Origin: Hemiscyllium ocellatum
Taxonomy: Eukaryota
Reading direction: 5' to 3'
Length of the DNA: 64,000 nucleotides
Assembly (NCBI RefSeq): GCF_020745735.1
Contig: NC_083450.1
Span: 10,041,883 to 10,105,882 of the forward strand
Below, piece by piece: positions 36,515 to 49,169 of this stretch. The translations under genes and the position numbers were made by a program. The notes under the pieces were generated by a model. It worked only from the letters and a program-made list of their open reading frames with translations, did no database searches and had not been told where the DNA came from. The stretch's first letter is position 1. The number at the start of each line of letters is the position of its first letter.

Positions 36515-39310
36515 AGAGGAACGAATGAGGACTGCAGATGCTGGAGATCAGAGCTGAAAATGTGTTGCGAGAAAAGCGCAGCAGGTCAGGCAGCATCCAA
36601 GGTGCAGGAGAATCGACGTTTCGGACATGAGCCCTTCTTCAGGAATGAGGAGAGTGTGTCAAGCAGGCTAAGATAAAAAGTAGGGAGGAGGGACTGGGGG
36701 AGGGGCGTTGGAAGTGCGATAGGTGGAAGGAAGTGAATGTGAGGGTGATAGGCCAGAGTGGGGTGGGGGCGGAGAGGTCAGGAAGAAGATTGCAGGTTAG
36801 GAAGGTGATGCTGAATTCGAGGTTTTGGAATGAGACAAAGTGGGGGGAGGGGAAATGAGGAAACTGGAGAAAGCTGAGTTCATCCCTTGTGGTTTCAGGG
36901 TTCCTAGGCGGAAGATGAGGAGCTCTTCCTCCAGACCATGTTGGCATGGTCTGGCGATGGAGGAGTCCAAGGACCTGCGTGTCCTTGGTGGTGTGGATGG
37001 GGGAGTTGAAGTGTTAAGCCATGAGGTGGTTGGTCCTGGTGTCCCAGAGTTGTTCCCTGAAACGTTCCGCAAGTAGGTGGCCTGTCTCCCCAATATGGAG
37101 GAGGCCACATCGGGTGCAGCTGAGACAGTAAGTGATGTGTGTGGAGGTGCAGTTGAATTCGTGGCGGATATGGAAGGATCCCTTGGGGCCTTGGAGAGAA
37201 GAAAGGGGGTGGTGTGGGCGCAAGTTTTGCAATTCTTGCGTTTGCAGGGGAAGGTACTGGATGTGGAGGTTGGGTTCTTGGGGGTGTGGACCTGACGATG
37301 AAGTCACGGAGGGAGTGGTCTTTTTGGAACGCTGATAGGGGAGTGGAAGGAAATATATTCCTGGAGGTGGCAGAAATGATGACGGATGATATGATGTATA
37401 TGGAGGTTATTGGGGTGGTAGGTGAGGACCAGTCGGGTTCAGTCCTGGTGCCGATTGGAGGGGCGGGGCTCAAGGGCAGAGGAACGGGAAGTGGAGGAGA
37501 TGTAGTGGAGAGCATCGGCGATCACATCTGTGGAGAAGTTGCGGTCTTTGAAGAAGGAGGCCATCTGGGTTGTTCGGTCTTGGAACTGGTCCTCCTGGGA
37601 GCAGATGCGGTGGAGACGAAGGAATTGGGAATATGGGATGGCGTTTTTACAGGGGGCAGGGTGGGAGGAGATGCGTGTCGAGGTAGCTGTGGGAGTCGGT
37701 TGGTTTATAATAAATGTCCGTGTTGATTCGGTCGTCCGAAATAGAAATGGAGAGGTCTAGGAAGGGGAGGGAGGAGTCTGAGATGGTCCAGGTAAATTTG
37801 AGGTCGGGGTGGAACGTGTTGGTAACGTGGATGAACGGCTCAACCTCCTCATGGGAGCATGAGGCAGCACCGATACAGTCATCGATACAGGCAACGGAGG
37901 AAAAGGTGGGGCGTGGTGCCAGTGTAGCTGCGGAAGATGGACTGTTCCACATATCCGACGAAGAGGTAGGCATAGCTGGGGCCCATGCGGGTGCCCATGG
38001 CTCCTTCCTTGGTTTGGAGGAAGTGGGAGATTGGAAGGAGAAGTTGTTCAGAGTGAGGACTAGTTCAGTCAGTCGAAGGAGAGTGTCAGTGGAAGGGTAC
38101 TGGTTGGTACGGCAGGAAAGGAAGAAGCGGAGGGCTTTGAGTCCTTTGTGATGGACTTGCGATGGTGTACAGGGACTGGATGTCCATGGTGAAGATAAGG
38201 CGTTGGGGACCAGGGAAGCAAAAATCATGGAGGAGTTGGTGGGCATGAGTGGTGTCCCGATCGTAGGTGGGGATTTCTTGGACTACCATTGCGCCCCCTT
38301 TATCCACTGGCTTGATGGTGAGGTTGGTATTGGAGCAGAGGAATTGGAGGGCTGCGCGTTGTGAGGGTGAGAGGTTGGAGTGGGGAGTGTGGTAGACAGG
38401 TTTAGGCTGTTAATTTCCCGGCCGCAGTTGGAAATAAAGAGGTCGAGGGCAGGTAACAGGCCAGTGCGGGGTGTCCAGGTGGATGCAGTGTGTTGGACGT
38501 GGGCGAAGGGGTCCTCAGAACGTGGGGCGGGAATCCTGATTGGGAAAGTAAGCTCGGAGGCAGAGGCGACGGAAGCATTGTTCGACGTCACAGTGTTCAT
38601 TTAATTCATTGATGCGTGGACGGAGGGGGATGAAGGTGAGTCCTTTGCTGAGGACTGATCGTTCGTCCTCAGTGAGGAGAAGGTTTGGAGGGATGGTGAA
38701 AACTCGGCAGGACTAGGAGCTGGGATCTGGTGTGGGTGTGGAGCTGGGAGAGGGGGCGGAACCTGTAACTGGAGTGGATATGATGGTGGGGGGAATGGGA
38801 ATGGAGTCATGAGCAGGGGTAGTGTTCCCCTTAGTGTTCTGGGGGGTGGGGATATTAACAGTGGCGTCTGTGGGCGGCGTGTCAGCAGAATGCGCGTGAG
38901 TGGCATTGGTGGGGGCGGAAGTGGTGGCAGACACGGCAGTAGGGGTGGCGGAAGTCACTGAGCGTGTGGCATCAGCGATGATGTGAGGGGCAGAAGTGAT
39001 ATCATGTGTCATGCATGAGGAATTGGGAGGGGTGGAAGTGGTTGTGGGAGTGGCCATGATGGGGTCGGAAGTGACATCATCAGTCAGCGTGGGGATGGCA
39101 GCTGCATCAGCCCCATGGCTAATGGAGTCCAAATAGTTGCCGGGAGAATCTTCTGGAAAGTTTGAGGAGCGCTGGTCATGGAGCTGGGTAGATAAAAGTT
39201 TGTTGTACTTACAGTTTTTGATGTTTGAGATGGAGTTGAAATACTGTTTGTTGAGAATATGAATTCTCCTGATGATGTAGTACAGAGTGGGTCCTTTGCA
39301 ATTGCCTTGG
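36515..39310 (-). mobile_element. Penelope-like element (family B), second long copy
   Basis: RT (IFTMDIQSLYT; LTLNNFSFQS; FHPDLKFTW; YYKPTDSHSYLD); GIY-YIG (CTRCGLLHIGETG); pLTR hammerhead core on minus 36618-36643. Confidence 0.92.
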
Positions 39311-39699
39311 AATAAAAACAAATTCGAATTCGGCCAATCAGTTTAAATAATTCCCCAGGTACCAAAATCTAATAGAATATGAATTTCACAGTTTGGGATG
39401 ACATCAAGCCAATGAAATGATGCAATGTTTTGGGGCACAAAACCAGACATTTTGAACAATTAAAGGGAGAACTGCAAAGAGCACCAATCAGTACAGACTG
39501 CTAGCCAAATATTTCCCTGAAAGGTACCTATCCATAACAACTGTTGTGCAGCAGAAGATTGAAGAAAAGATGACCCAGGAAAATACAAAGGAAAATCGAC
39601 AGATGAAAATCTACAAAGGAGAATCAACAAAGCTGACTGGTTTTGAAATGGAACTTTTTGGGAAATGGTAATTGGGTTATTTTTATCGGTCTGCTGCAC

Positions 39700-39760
39700 T
39701 TTTTCTGCAACACATTTTAAGCTCTGATCTCCAGCATCTGCAGTCCTCACTTTCTCCCAG
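39700..39760 (+). mobile_element. PLE-B terminal remnant
   Basis: acacattttaagctctgatctccagcatctgcagtcctcactttctcc matches the PLE-B end. Confidence 0.7.
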
Positions 39761-39829
39761 TTTTTTTTATCAGTATAGTATTGAAGTGTGGGAGGTTAAA
39801 AATACGTTTTCGAGAAAGGAGTTGTAAAG

Positions 39830-40955
39830 CGGATGGCACGGTGGCTCAGTGGTTAGCACCGATGCCTCACAGTTCCAGGTTCGATTCCATCCTCGGGCAA
39901 CCGTCTGTATGGAGTTTGTACATTCTCCCCCTGTCTGCTTGGGTTTCCTCCGGGTTCTCCAGTTTCCTCCCACAGTCCAAAGATGTGCAGGTCAGGTGAA
40001 TTGGCCATGCTAAATTACCTGCCATGTTAGATACATTAGTCGAGTAAAAAGTGAGGGCTGGAGATCAGAGCTGAAAATGTGTTGCTGGTTAAAGCACAGC
40101 AGGTTAGGCAGCATCCAAGGAACAGGAAAGCATCCTCATTCCTGATAAGCCTGCCTGGCACACTCTCCTCATTCCTGATCCGCCCCTCCCCCAAGTCCCT
40201 CCTTCCTACCTTTTATCCTAGCCTGCCTGGCACACTCTCCTCGTTCCTGATACATCTATTGCATCCGCTGCACCCGATGTTGCCTCCTCTATATTGGGGA
40301 GACGGGCCGCCTACTTGCGGAATGCTTCAGGGAACACCTCTGGGATGCCGGGACCAACCAACCCAAACACCCCGTGGCTCAACACTTTAACTCTCCATCC
40401 CACTCCACCGAGGACATGCAGGTCCTTGGACTCCTCCATCGCCAGAATATAACAACACGACGGTTGGAGGAAGAGCGCCTCATCTTCCGCCTGGGAACCC
40501 TCCAACCACAAGGGATGAACTCAGATTTCTCCAGTTTCCTCATTTCCCCTCCCCCCACCTTGTCTCAGTCGATTCCTTCGAACTCAGCACCGCCCTCCTA
40601 ACCTGCAACCTTCTTCCTGACCTCTCCGCCCCACCCCACTCCAACCTATCACCCTCACCTTGACCTCCTTCCACCTATCACATCTCCATCGCCCCTCCCC
40701 CAGGTCCCTCCTCCCTACCTTTTATCTTAGCCTGCCTTGCACACTCTCCTCATTCCTAATGAAGGGCTCTGGCCCGAAACATCGAATTTCCTGTTCCTTG
40801 GATGCTGCCTAACCTGCTGTGCTTTAACCAACACATTTTCAGCTAGGTACATTAGTCAGTGGGAAATAGGTCTGGGTGGGTTACTCTTCGGAGGGTCGGT
40901 GTAGAACTGGTTGGGCGGAAGGGCCTGTTTTCACAATGTCGGGAATCTAATCCAA
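39830..40955 (+). mobile_element. HE1-type SINE split by a PLE insertion (halves 39830-40041 and 40845-40955)
   Basis: The two halves join into one colinear SINE. Confidence 0.85.
40042..40843 (+). mobile_element. 5'-truncated PLE-B with inverted pLTR piece at its 5' end, ~14-bp TSD
   Basis: GIY-YIG C-terminus (MAQHFNSPSHS..RRLEEERLIFRLGTLQP); pLTR with mutated hammerhead (CTAATGA) at 40756; TSD tag(a/g)tacattagtc at 40028-40041 and 40844-40857. Confidence 0.88.
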
Positions 40956-41134
40956 TCGTTGTCATTTTAATGTTCTCTTTTGGATTTAAAGAATAAACTT
41001 GTTAATTGTTACTTTAAATAGTGAGACGGGATCATTCTTTGCCTCTCACAGCTTAACAGATTACGGTGGAAGGTGAGCTTCTCTGTGTGTCACGTTTAAA
41101 TTAGCAAAGGGGTTTACTCCGTGTTGTAGCAGTT

Positions 41135-41190
41135 TGGGGGCTCACGTCCGTGACTTGAACATTTTGGGGACTCTCGTCCGTGATTTCAAC
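41135..41190 (+). promoter_or_regulatory. Tandemly duplicated tRNA-Pro primer-binding site
   Basis: TGGGGGCTCacGTCCGTGACTTGAAC and TGGGGACTCtcGTCCGTGATTTCAAC (30-nt period) versus the tRNA-Pro 3' complement TGGGGGCTCGTCCGGGATTTGAAC. Confidence 0.75.
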
Positions 41191-42988
41191 AGGTTTAGAT
41201 AGATCCAGTCTGAGGTTCAGACAGATTCGCAGAGATTTAGTTAGTGAAAGAAAAAAAGAGACGAGTAGATTTCAAAGTTTGGCAGTTAGTGTTCAAGATC
41301 TTTAAATGAAAGTGAGGTGAGACAATTTGTTTAATTTTGCTCACTTGAGGTTGGTTAAATTAAAAGTGAGAGAAATGGCTGTTAAAATTGCTAAAGAGAT
41401 TCTGGGGTTTAAAGATGATCCCCAAATTTGCCAAGTAATTAAACAAAAGACCATACTGTTTGCATCAGCAAAGGGGTTAGAATTGGGTTTAACCAAGGAC
41501 ATTAGTAATGCTGAAATTGTAAGGGAATTAGTCAAGCACTTAGGTATGTCAGAGAAACAGACAAGTGCAGTAGAGTTAGAGAAACTTAACTTACAATTGA
41601 GGAAAATGGAGGTAGAAGGTAAAGAAAGGGCGAGAGAAATAGAAAGAGAGAGAGAAGAGAGCGAGAGGAAAAGGAAAGAGAAAGTTCTTAGCTGAGCAAA
41701 GAGAGAGAAGAAAGAGAGAGAGAGAAACGAGCGAGAATAAAGGGAGAGAGGGAGAGAGCGAGAGTAAAAAGTGTGCGGAAAAAGAATGAGGAAAGTTTCT
41801 AAGTTGGGCAAAAAGGGAGAGAAATTGAACTTGAGAAATTGTGAAATGTCAGCATAGTCAACTTAACAGGATGGTCATTAAAAGAGAAGGTAGTTATGTA
41901 TACAAATATGTCAAAACTCTGCCATTTATTGATAAGAAACATGTTGAAGCCTTCGTTATTTCATTTGGAAAATTGGCTAGGTAGATGGGGTGGTCAGAAG
42001 ATTTATGGGTAATGTTAGTTCAGATTAAAATAGTAGGCAGAGCTAGTGACGTATTTGCCACGCTGTCAGATGAGGGGTCAAGAGATTACGAAGAGGTCAA
42101 ACAGGCTATTTTAAGTGCTTATGAATTGGTACCGGAAACGTGGTTCAGAAGCATAAAGAAGGAACCCAGTAAGATTTGTTGATTTCGAAAGAATTAAACG
42201 TAGCCATTTTAATAGAGGGGCCTTAAGAATAGATAGGACCTATGAGGCTCTAAGGGAGAGTTTTCTGCTGGAGGAGTTTAAAAACACATTTTCAGAGATG
42301 TTACGGAATTCACGTAGATGAACAGAAATGTCAGGAAATGAGAAGGGCAGCAGAAATAGCAAATGTTGGTTCGCAAGACAAGCTTCCAGCCAGCACTTCG
42401 TCCCGTGAGGGACAGCAGTTGGGAGAAAGGGAGATCGTACACTATGAACCAAAGAGTAGAGAATATTGATAAGTGTTTACCACAGGTTAAAGAAACCGAA
42501 GAGAGTGAAAAGGAAGTGAAATGGAATGGGATACTGAAACATTAAAACACTGATGATTCAGGGCACTGGGATAAAAGGAGTTTTCAATGCCAGAAAGTAG
42601 TACATGTAAATTCACAGTGCTGGTCGTTAAAGACGGGTACAGTGGGAAACGATGTGTTTTAAAAGGCGAAGCCAGTGGCATCAGTAAAGGTACTAAAGGA
42701 AACATCAAGAAAAGCTGAGAAGCTGCAGAAGTGTGCACAGCCGAGGCAAGGGCTGGGTATTAAGTTAATGCCTGATCTCTATCAAGGATTCGCCTCTGTG
42801 GATAAAGTTGACTCATACAGAACAGTGAATTTGCATTCTTTCTGACATTTTACCCGATAGGTGGGCAGAAATGTAGCATTCCCTTATGTAAGAACAGATT
42901 GAAGTGCCAACTGAAGACTGGGGAAGTCACAGTAGGAGTACTGACGCCTATCAATTCCAGGAATCCAGTTTGTTCTTGGGCATGTTTT

Positions 42989-43440
42989 AGAACATAGAAC
43001 ATAGAACATAGAACAGTACAGCACAGAACAGGCCCTTCAGCACACGATGTTGTGCCGACCACTGATCCTCATGTATGAACCCTCAAAGTTCTGTGACCGT
43101 ATGCATGTCCAGGAGTCTATTAAATGTCCCCAATGACCCTACCTCCACAATTGCTAATGGCAACGCATTCCATGCTCTCACAATTCTCTGTGTAAAGAAC
43201 CCGCCTCTGACATCCCCTCGAAACTTTCCTCCAACAAGCTTTAAACTATGACCCCTCGTGTTAGTCATTTCTGCCCTGGGAAATAGTCTCTGGCTATCGA
43301 CTCTATCTATGCCTCTCATTATCTTGTATGCCTCAATTAGGTCCCCTCTCCTCCTCCTTTTCTCCAATGAAAAAAGTCCGAGCTCAGTCAACCTCTTCTC
43401 ATAAGATAAGCCCGCCAGTCCAGGCAGCATCCTGGTAAAT
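42989..43440 (-). mobile_element. CR1/HER1 3' end inserted in the Gypsy protease region
   Basis: ORF 43083-43469 (FTRMLPGL..FFTQRIVRAWNALP); (agaacat)n tail at 42989-43015. Confidence 0.92.
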
Positions 43441-44238
43441 CCTGAAAGGGTCCAATTTGTAAGTGACACCCCTTGTTGTGGAGAAGCCCTAGAAACTGAG
43501 GAATTAGCAGAAAAATATCCTAGTATTTTCCCAGATTTTGTAGTAACAAGATCCCGCTATCATAAGTCACAGCATGAAGCAAAAACTAAAGAGAAAGATG
43601 AAAGTGTTGAGGTCCGGTTAGCAGACTATTTGACGGAATGGTGAAGGAAAAACTTGTACTGGCACAGGGTAAGACAGAAGTGCCTAGTCCTGAAAGGCTA
43701 ATGGACTTTCAACAGAAAGCCAAGATGATATAAGATTTTTGTGTGGATGCATTTTTACAAAAAAAGGAGGCAGGCAATATTCCTGAGGGCTATTCTCTGC
43801 ATGATAGAATCCTAAGACAAAAAAGGTGACCATGGCGAGTTAGTGCAGAGGAGAAATGGGCCTAAGTGCACCACATTGTGTTGCCAGTAGCAGACTGACA
43901 GTAATTGTTACAGTTAGCACATGAACAACGTGTAGGAGCTCACCTATGTGTGTGAAAGATTCAGGCTAAGGTGCAAAAATATTTTTATTAGCCTGGAAGG
44001 CACAGCATATGGTTAACTTTTGTCATACGTGGCAAGAAGCAAAGAACACAGTGAAAGGTTTGTTACTGCAGTCTGAGGACATATGTAGGAATCGGGTGGG
44101 GAGGATTAATGCTGTTGTCCATGAAGTAGTTGTTGGGAATACTGTTATGATAAAAGAACACCACTATCGGCTTAATCCTTTGAAAGCCAGACAGGTGCAG
44201 AAGGAGGTGGAGACCATGCTTTATGAGGATATCATTGA

Positions 44239-44403
44239 TGAGCTGAAAATGTGTTGCTGGTTAAAGCACAGCAGGTCAGGCAGCATCCAAGGAACAGGAA
44301 ATTCGACGTTTCGGGCACAAGCCCTTCATCAGGAATGAGGAAAGTGTGTCCAGCAGGCTAAGATAAAAGGTAGGGAGGAGGTCCAGCAGGCTAAGTTAGG
44401 GAG
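44239..44403 (-). mobile_element. 165-bp PLE-B hammerhead mini-element with perfect 14-bp TSD, inserted in the Gypsy RT
   Basis: gaggatatcattga at 44225-44238 and 44404-44417. Confidence 0.92.
44301..44336 (-). ncRNA. Intact minimal hammerhead ribozyme core
   Basis: Minus strand attcCTGATGAagggcttgtgcccGAAACGTC^gaat: stem I attc/gaat, stem II gggc/gccc, palindromic ACGT stem III. Confidence 0.8.
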
Positions 44404-45255
44404 GAGGATATCATTGAACTGATCCAGGGCGAGTGGAGTTCACTGATCATCTTAGTTCCCAAACCTGACGGGTCTCAACGATTTTGTGTGGGCTGTCGGA
44501 AGGTCAACGCTATTACAAAATAAGACTCATAACCAATACCGAAATTGGAGGACTGTATCATAAAAGTCGAACAAGCCATTTACATCACCAAGTTGGACTT
44601 ACTGCGTGGTTACTAGCAGGTACATTTATCAGAGACAGCAAAATAAATTTCTGCGGTTTTAACCTCAAACGGGCAGTATCAATTCAAAGTGGTACCCTTA
44701 GAATGAAGAATGCCCCCGCCACATTCCAAAGACTCATGAACAGTTACGGCTGCGTTAACAAATTGTGCAGTCTATTCGGATGATGTAGTGATCGTTAGTG
44801 AGTCCTGGAAAGACCACATGGTACAGTTGGCAGAGCTTTTTGACCGATTAAGAGAAGCCAAACAGGCAATACACTTAAAGAAATCTGATTTTGCGAAAGC
44901 AGAGAGACGTTCTTGGGACATACCATCAATCCTGGAAGGTTGACCCCACAAAACACAAAGATGAAAGCTATCGAGGAATTTCCACAACCAACCTTGAAGA
45001 AAGAGGTTCTTCGATTTTTGGAACTGAGTTGGTTCGGAACCTCAGCAGTGGCACCGATAACTGATTTGATGAAGAAGGACATAAAGTTTCAGTGGACAGG
45101 ACAATGCCAGGAGGCATTCGGCCGTTTGAATTCAATACTAACCACTGCACCAGTTTTAGCTGCACCAATCCTTTTGAAAACCTTCAACGTTGCCATCGAT
45201 GCTAGTAACATAGGAGTTGTACTGCTACAGGAAGATGATGATGGGATTGGATAGG

Positions 45256-48200
45256 CCACTTCCAGAAGATTTTGTGCCTTTCTGGTCATCCTTGTAAATT
45301 TCTTCTGCATTTTTGCCAGTTTAATAACATCTTTCCTATAGTAAAATGATTAAAACTGAGCACAATACTTCAAATGTGGCCTCGCCAATGTCCTACAACC
45401 GTAATGTAACTTTCCAACTTCTTTCCTCAATGCCCTGACTGATGAAGGCCAGTGGACCAAAACCCTTCTTCACTGACCTGTCTACCTGTGACTCCACTTT
45501 CAGTGAACCTTGGTCTGGATCTCCAAGATTCTTCTGTTCCACTACTGTCCTTAAGGCCATACCAATGAACATGAAACTCCTACCTTGATTTGACTTTACA
45601 AAGTGAAAAACCTCAAATGTATCTACATGAAACTCCATTTGCCATTTTTTAGCCCACTTTCCCAGCTAATCAGGGTCCTGCTGCAACTTCTGATCAGCTT
45701 CCTCACTGTCCACAATAGTGCCTATTTCAGCGTCATCTGCAAACTTATTAATCATGCCTTGTACATTCTCATCCAAATCATTATATCGGGAACAAACAGT
45801 AATGGGCCAAGCACTGACCCCTGAGGCACATCACTAGTCACAGGCCTCCAGTCCGATAAGTATCCTTCCACTCTTACCCTCTGCTTCCTACCATCAAGCC
45901 ATTCGTGCATCCAATTTGCCAGCTCCTCTTGGATTCCATGGAATATAACCTTCCAGAGCAGCCGACCATGTGAGACCTTATCAAAGGCCTTAATGAAATC
46001 CTACCAGCATTCCTGGTCACTTTATCTAAGAAGTCTAACAAATTTGTGAGGCATGATCTCCCATGCACAAAGCCATGGTGACTACTCTTACCAAAGCCTG
46101 TCTTTCCAAATGCATGTATATCTTATGTCTCAGAATCTTCTCAAGTAACTTACCTTACATAGGTTTTAAATTTACCAGGCTATAGTTCTTAGATTTTTCT
46201 TTGCAGCCCTCTTAAATAAGGGCAAAACATTCACTACTTTCCAGTCATCTGGGACCTTACCCATGGCTTACGATAATGGAAAAATATTCTCTAGCCTCTT
46301 GCTTGGTTCTTGGATATAGCTGGTCAGGATCAGGAGATTTATTAACCTTCCTACATTCTCATATATCAAATGCTTCCTCTATTGTGATATTGACTGTCCA
46401 CAAGAAGTCACTACTAACCCAAGTTCCCAAGTCTTCATGTCTTTCCTCACGATAAAGGCAGGAGAAATGTTCATTGATGACCATGCTCAACACCTGACGT
46501 TCCACACATACGTGTCCCCTTTGGTCCTTGAGGGGTTCTATTCTCTATCTAGTTATTCATTTTCCTTTAATACACAAATGACCTCTTTGAGTCCACCTTA
46601 ATCTTTTCAGCCAAGGCCATCTTGTGGCCCATTTTGACCCTTTTGATTTCCTTCTTCAGTAAACTCCTGTATCCCCTATATACTTCTAGGCATTCCCTTG
46701 ATCCCAACTGCCTGTACCTGAGCCATGCCTCCATTTCTTTGGTCAAAGCCTCAATATCTCTTGTCATCCAGAGTTCCCTCTTGCTGCCAACCTTGTCCTT
46801 CACCCTCACAGGAACACACAGACCTTGAATTCTAGCTGTCTCACTTTTAAAGACCTCCCACTTACCAGAGGTCTCTTTGCCTGCAAACAAACTATTCCAA
46901 TCAACCTCTTCAAGTTACTGTCTAATTCCATCAAAATTTACCTTGCCCCAATTTAGAACTTCGATCTCTGGATCAGTTTTGTCCCCTTCCATAACTATTT
47001 GAAAATTTATAGAACAATGGCCTCAAAATGCTCCCCCACTGTCACTTCAATCACCTGTCCCGCCCTATTTCCCTAGAGTAAATCGAATTTGGCCGTTTGC
47101 AGAATAGGACCCTCACTATATTGCTTGAGGACTCTTTCCTGAACACACTTCACAAATGTCATCCCATCTCAGCCCTTAACGCTCTGGCAATCCTAGTCTA
47201 TGTTAGGAAAATTAAAATCCCCAACATTGAAAGGCCTATTGATCCTGCAAGTCTCCCCTAACTCCCCGCATATTTGTTCCTCTAATGTCTGCTGACTATT
47301 TGGGGTCCCATAGCATAACCCCAATAACGTCACAATCCCCTTCTTGTTACTTAGGTCCACCCACAAAGCCTCACTGGGTATTCCTTCAGTTGACTTCACC
47401 TCTGACTACTTCTGTGATACTCGCCTTAATCAAACATGCAACTCCCCCACCCCTCTTTCCACCACAACTGCCTTGCCTCAAGCTCCTACACTCTGGCACA
47501 TTAAGCTGCCAGTGCTGTCCCTTCCTCAGCTTTGTTTCTGTAATGGCGACAGTAGCCCAGTCCCACCTATCTACACAAACCCCTGAGCTCATCAGTCTTA
47601 CCCATTAGCCCTCTTGCATCGAAAGATGCAATTTTCCTTGCTCCCTGTCATGTTCCAGCCTAACCTGACTCTTCAACTTACTATTTCTAATTACTGTATC
47701 TCCTTCGAGCCTTGCACTTGCCTCTCTCCTGTTGAGGACCTCACCCACTGCCAATCTCGTTTTAACCCTCCGTTGTAGTACTAGCAAACCTTACCGCCAA
47801 GATATTGGCCCCCTCTAGTTCAGATGCAATCTGGCCCTCTTTAACAGGTCACCTCTACCCCAGAAAAGATCCCAATGATCTAAAAATCTGAATCTTTGCC
47901 CCCTGCACCAATTCTTTAGCCAAACATTTAACTGGCATATCCTCGTGTTCTTACCCTCACTAGCAGGTGATATAATCTGGAGATTCTCACTGACGAAGTC
48001 CTGGTTTTTAACGTTTTCTTAGCTCTCTATAATCACTCTGAAGGAACTCATCCCTATTTCTACCTATGTCATTTGTGCCAACATGAAAAATGACCTCTGG
48101 ATGCTTACCCTCTCCCTTGAGAGCATTCTGTAGCTGCTTAGAGACGCCCTCGAACCTGGCACCAAGGAGGTGACAACCATCCCGGATTCCCGTTTGTGGC

Positions 48201-48260
48201 CATAGAATCTGCTGTCTGTACCACTAACTATTGGGTCTCCTGTCACTAAGGTTCAGTTTA
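45256..48260 (-). mobile_element. Long CR1/HER1 LINE (ORF1 esterase, APE, RT), decayed, truncating the Gypsy element
   Basis: GDPIVSGTDSRFYG (48064-48246), VGDFNFPNID (47193-47399), HGRSCLTNLL (45874-46068), VESQVDR (45393-45638). Confidence 0.88.
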
Positions 48261-49169
48261 ACTTTACCCTTTCACGCTGTTCCCCAGAGCTAGTCATCGT
48301 GCCACCGACCTGGCTTCTGCTGCTTTTGTATGTAAGTCGAGCGAAAATTTTGAGTAACATCTCTAAAATCCTTTTAGCTGTGATATTGTGTAATGAAATG
48401 GTCCCTGGAAATCCACTATTGACAACAAATACTGATTTAATTCTAGGTAGGTGTCCGAGGCAATGAGTTAAGACCCTTGTAAAATATTCGTCAAATACAC
48501 GGTGCTGGTTTTATCACTGGCTGAGTGTTTCCAATTCCCTGACATATCTGACGTTGTTGGCAAACCTCAACTACATCTTTATGCAGTCCAGGCTAATAAA
48601 AATGTTTTTGTATTTTGACTTACGTTTTCTTTATTCCCAGATCATCTCCGACTGGTAATTCATGTGCTACCCACGACACTGCTTTTTCTCACCCACTGGT
48701 AATGCAAGTTGATGAACTCCTGCCCATTTTCCATTCTCCTGAATATGTAATGGTCTTCATTTCCTCATCAAGACATCATTTTTAAGATTGTAACTTTCGG
48801 GAATACACTCAGATTCAATAACTGTGTATGCTTTTTGAGACAATTGATTCAGTCTTACTTCTTTCTTTCGTGACTCAATTAATTTCTCTGAATGAAAATA
48901 TCCATTTTGTTCTCCATCTGATCTTGTTTTGTCTCAATTATTTGATCAAACATGTTTTTGGGTAATCATACTTCAATTTATTATCTTTTATTCTTTAATC
49001 TGCTCCTACTTCACCCAGTGGCTTCATGATCTTGTCATACAGTCAGGAAATTCCCAGGGTTTCATTCCTGTAACCTTAGTTGCCTGGTTTTCCACTTGCT
49101 TTTGAATCACAGTAGGCAGCACATCTCGCTCTGATCAAGTATATTGTTACCAAGGAGAAATTGTATTCA

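Larger units (their letters stand above)
40960..45255 (+). mobile_element. Gypsy/Ty3 LTR retrotransposon, Gmr1-like order, decayed and internally deleted
   Basis: LTR 3' part with AATAAA ending ~41131; PBS; gag (41327-42700); protease C-terminus (IPGIQFVLG) ~42960; integrase zinc-finger (LQLAHE..GAHL..QKYFY) ~43900; then RT (IKEHHYRLNP; PKPDGSQRFC) 44150-44900 and RH (FNVAIDASNIGVVLLQ) 45170-45250. Confidence 0.87.
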
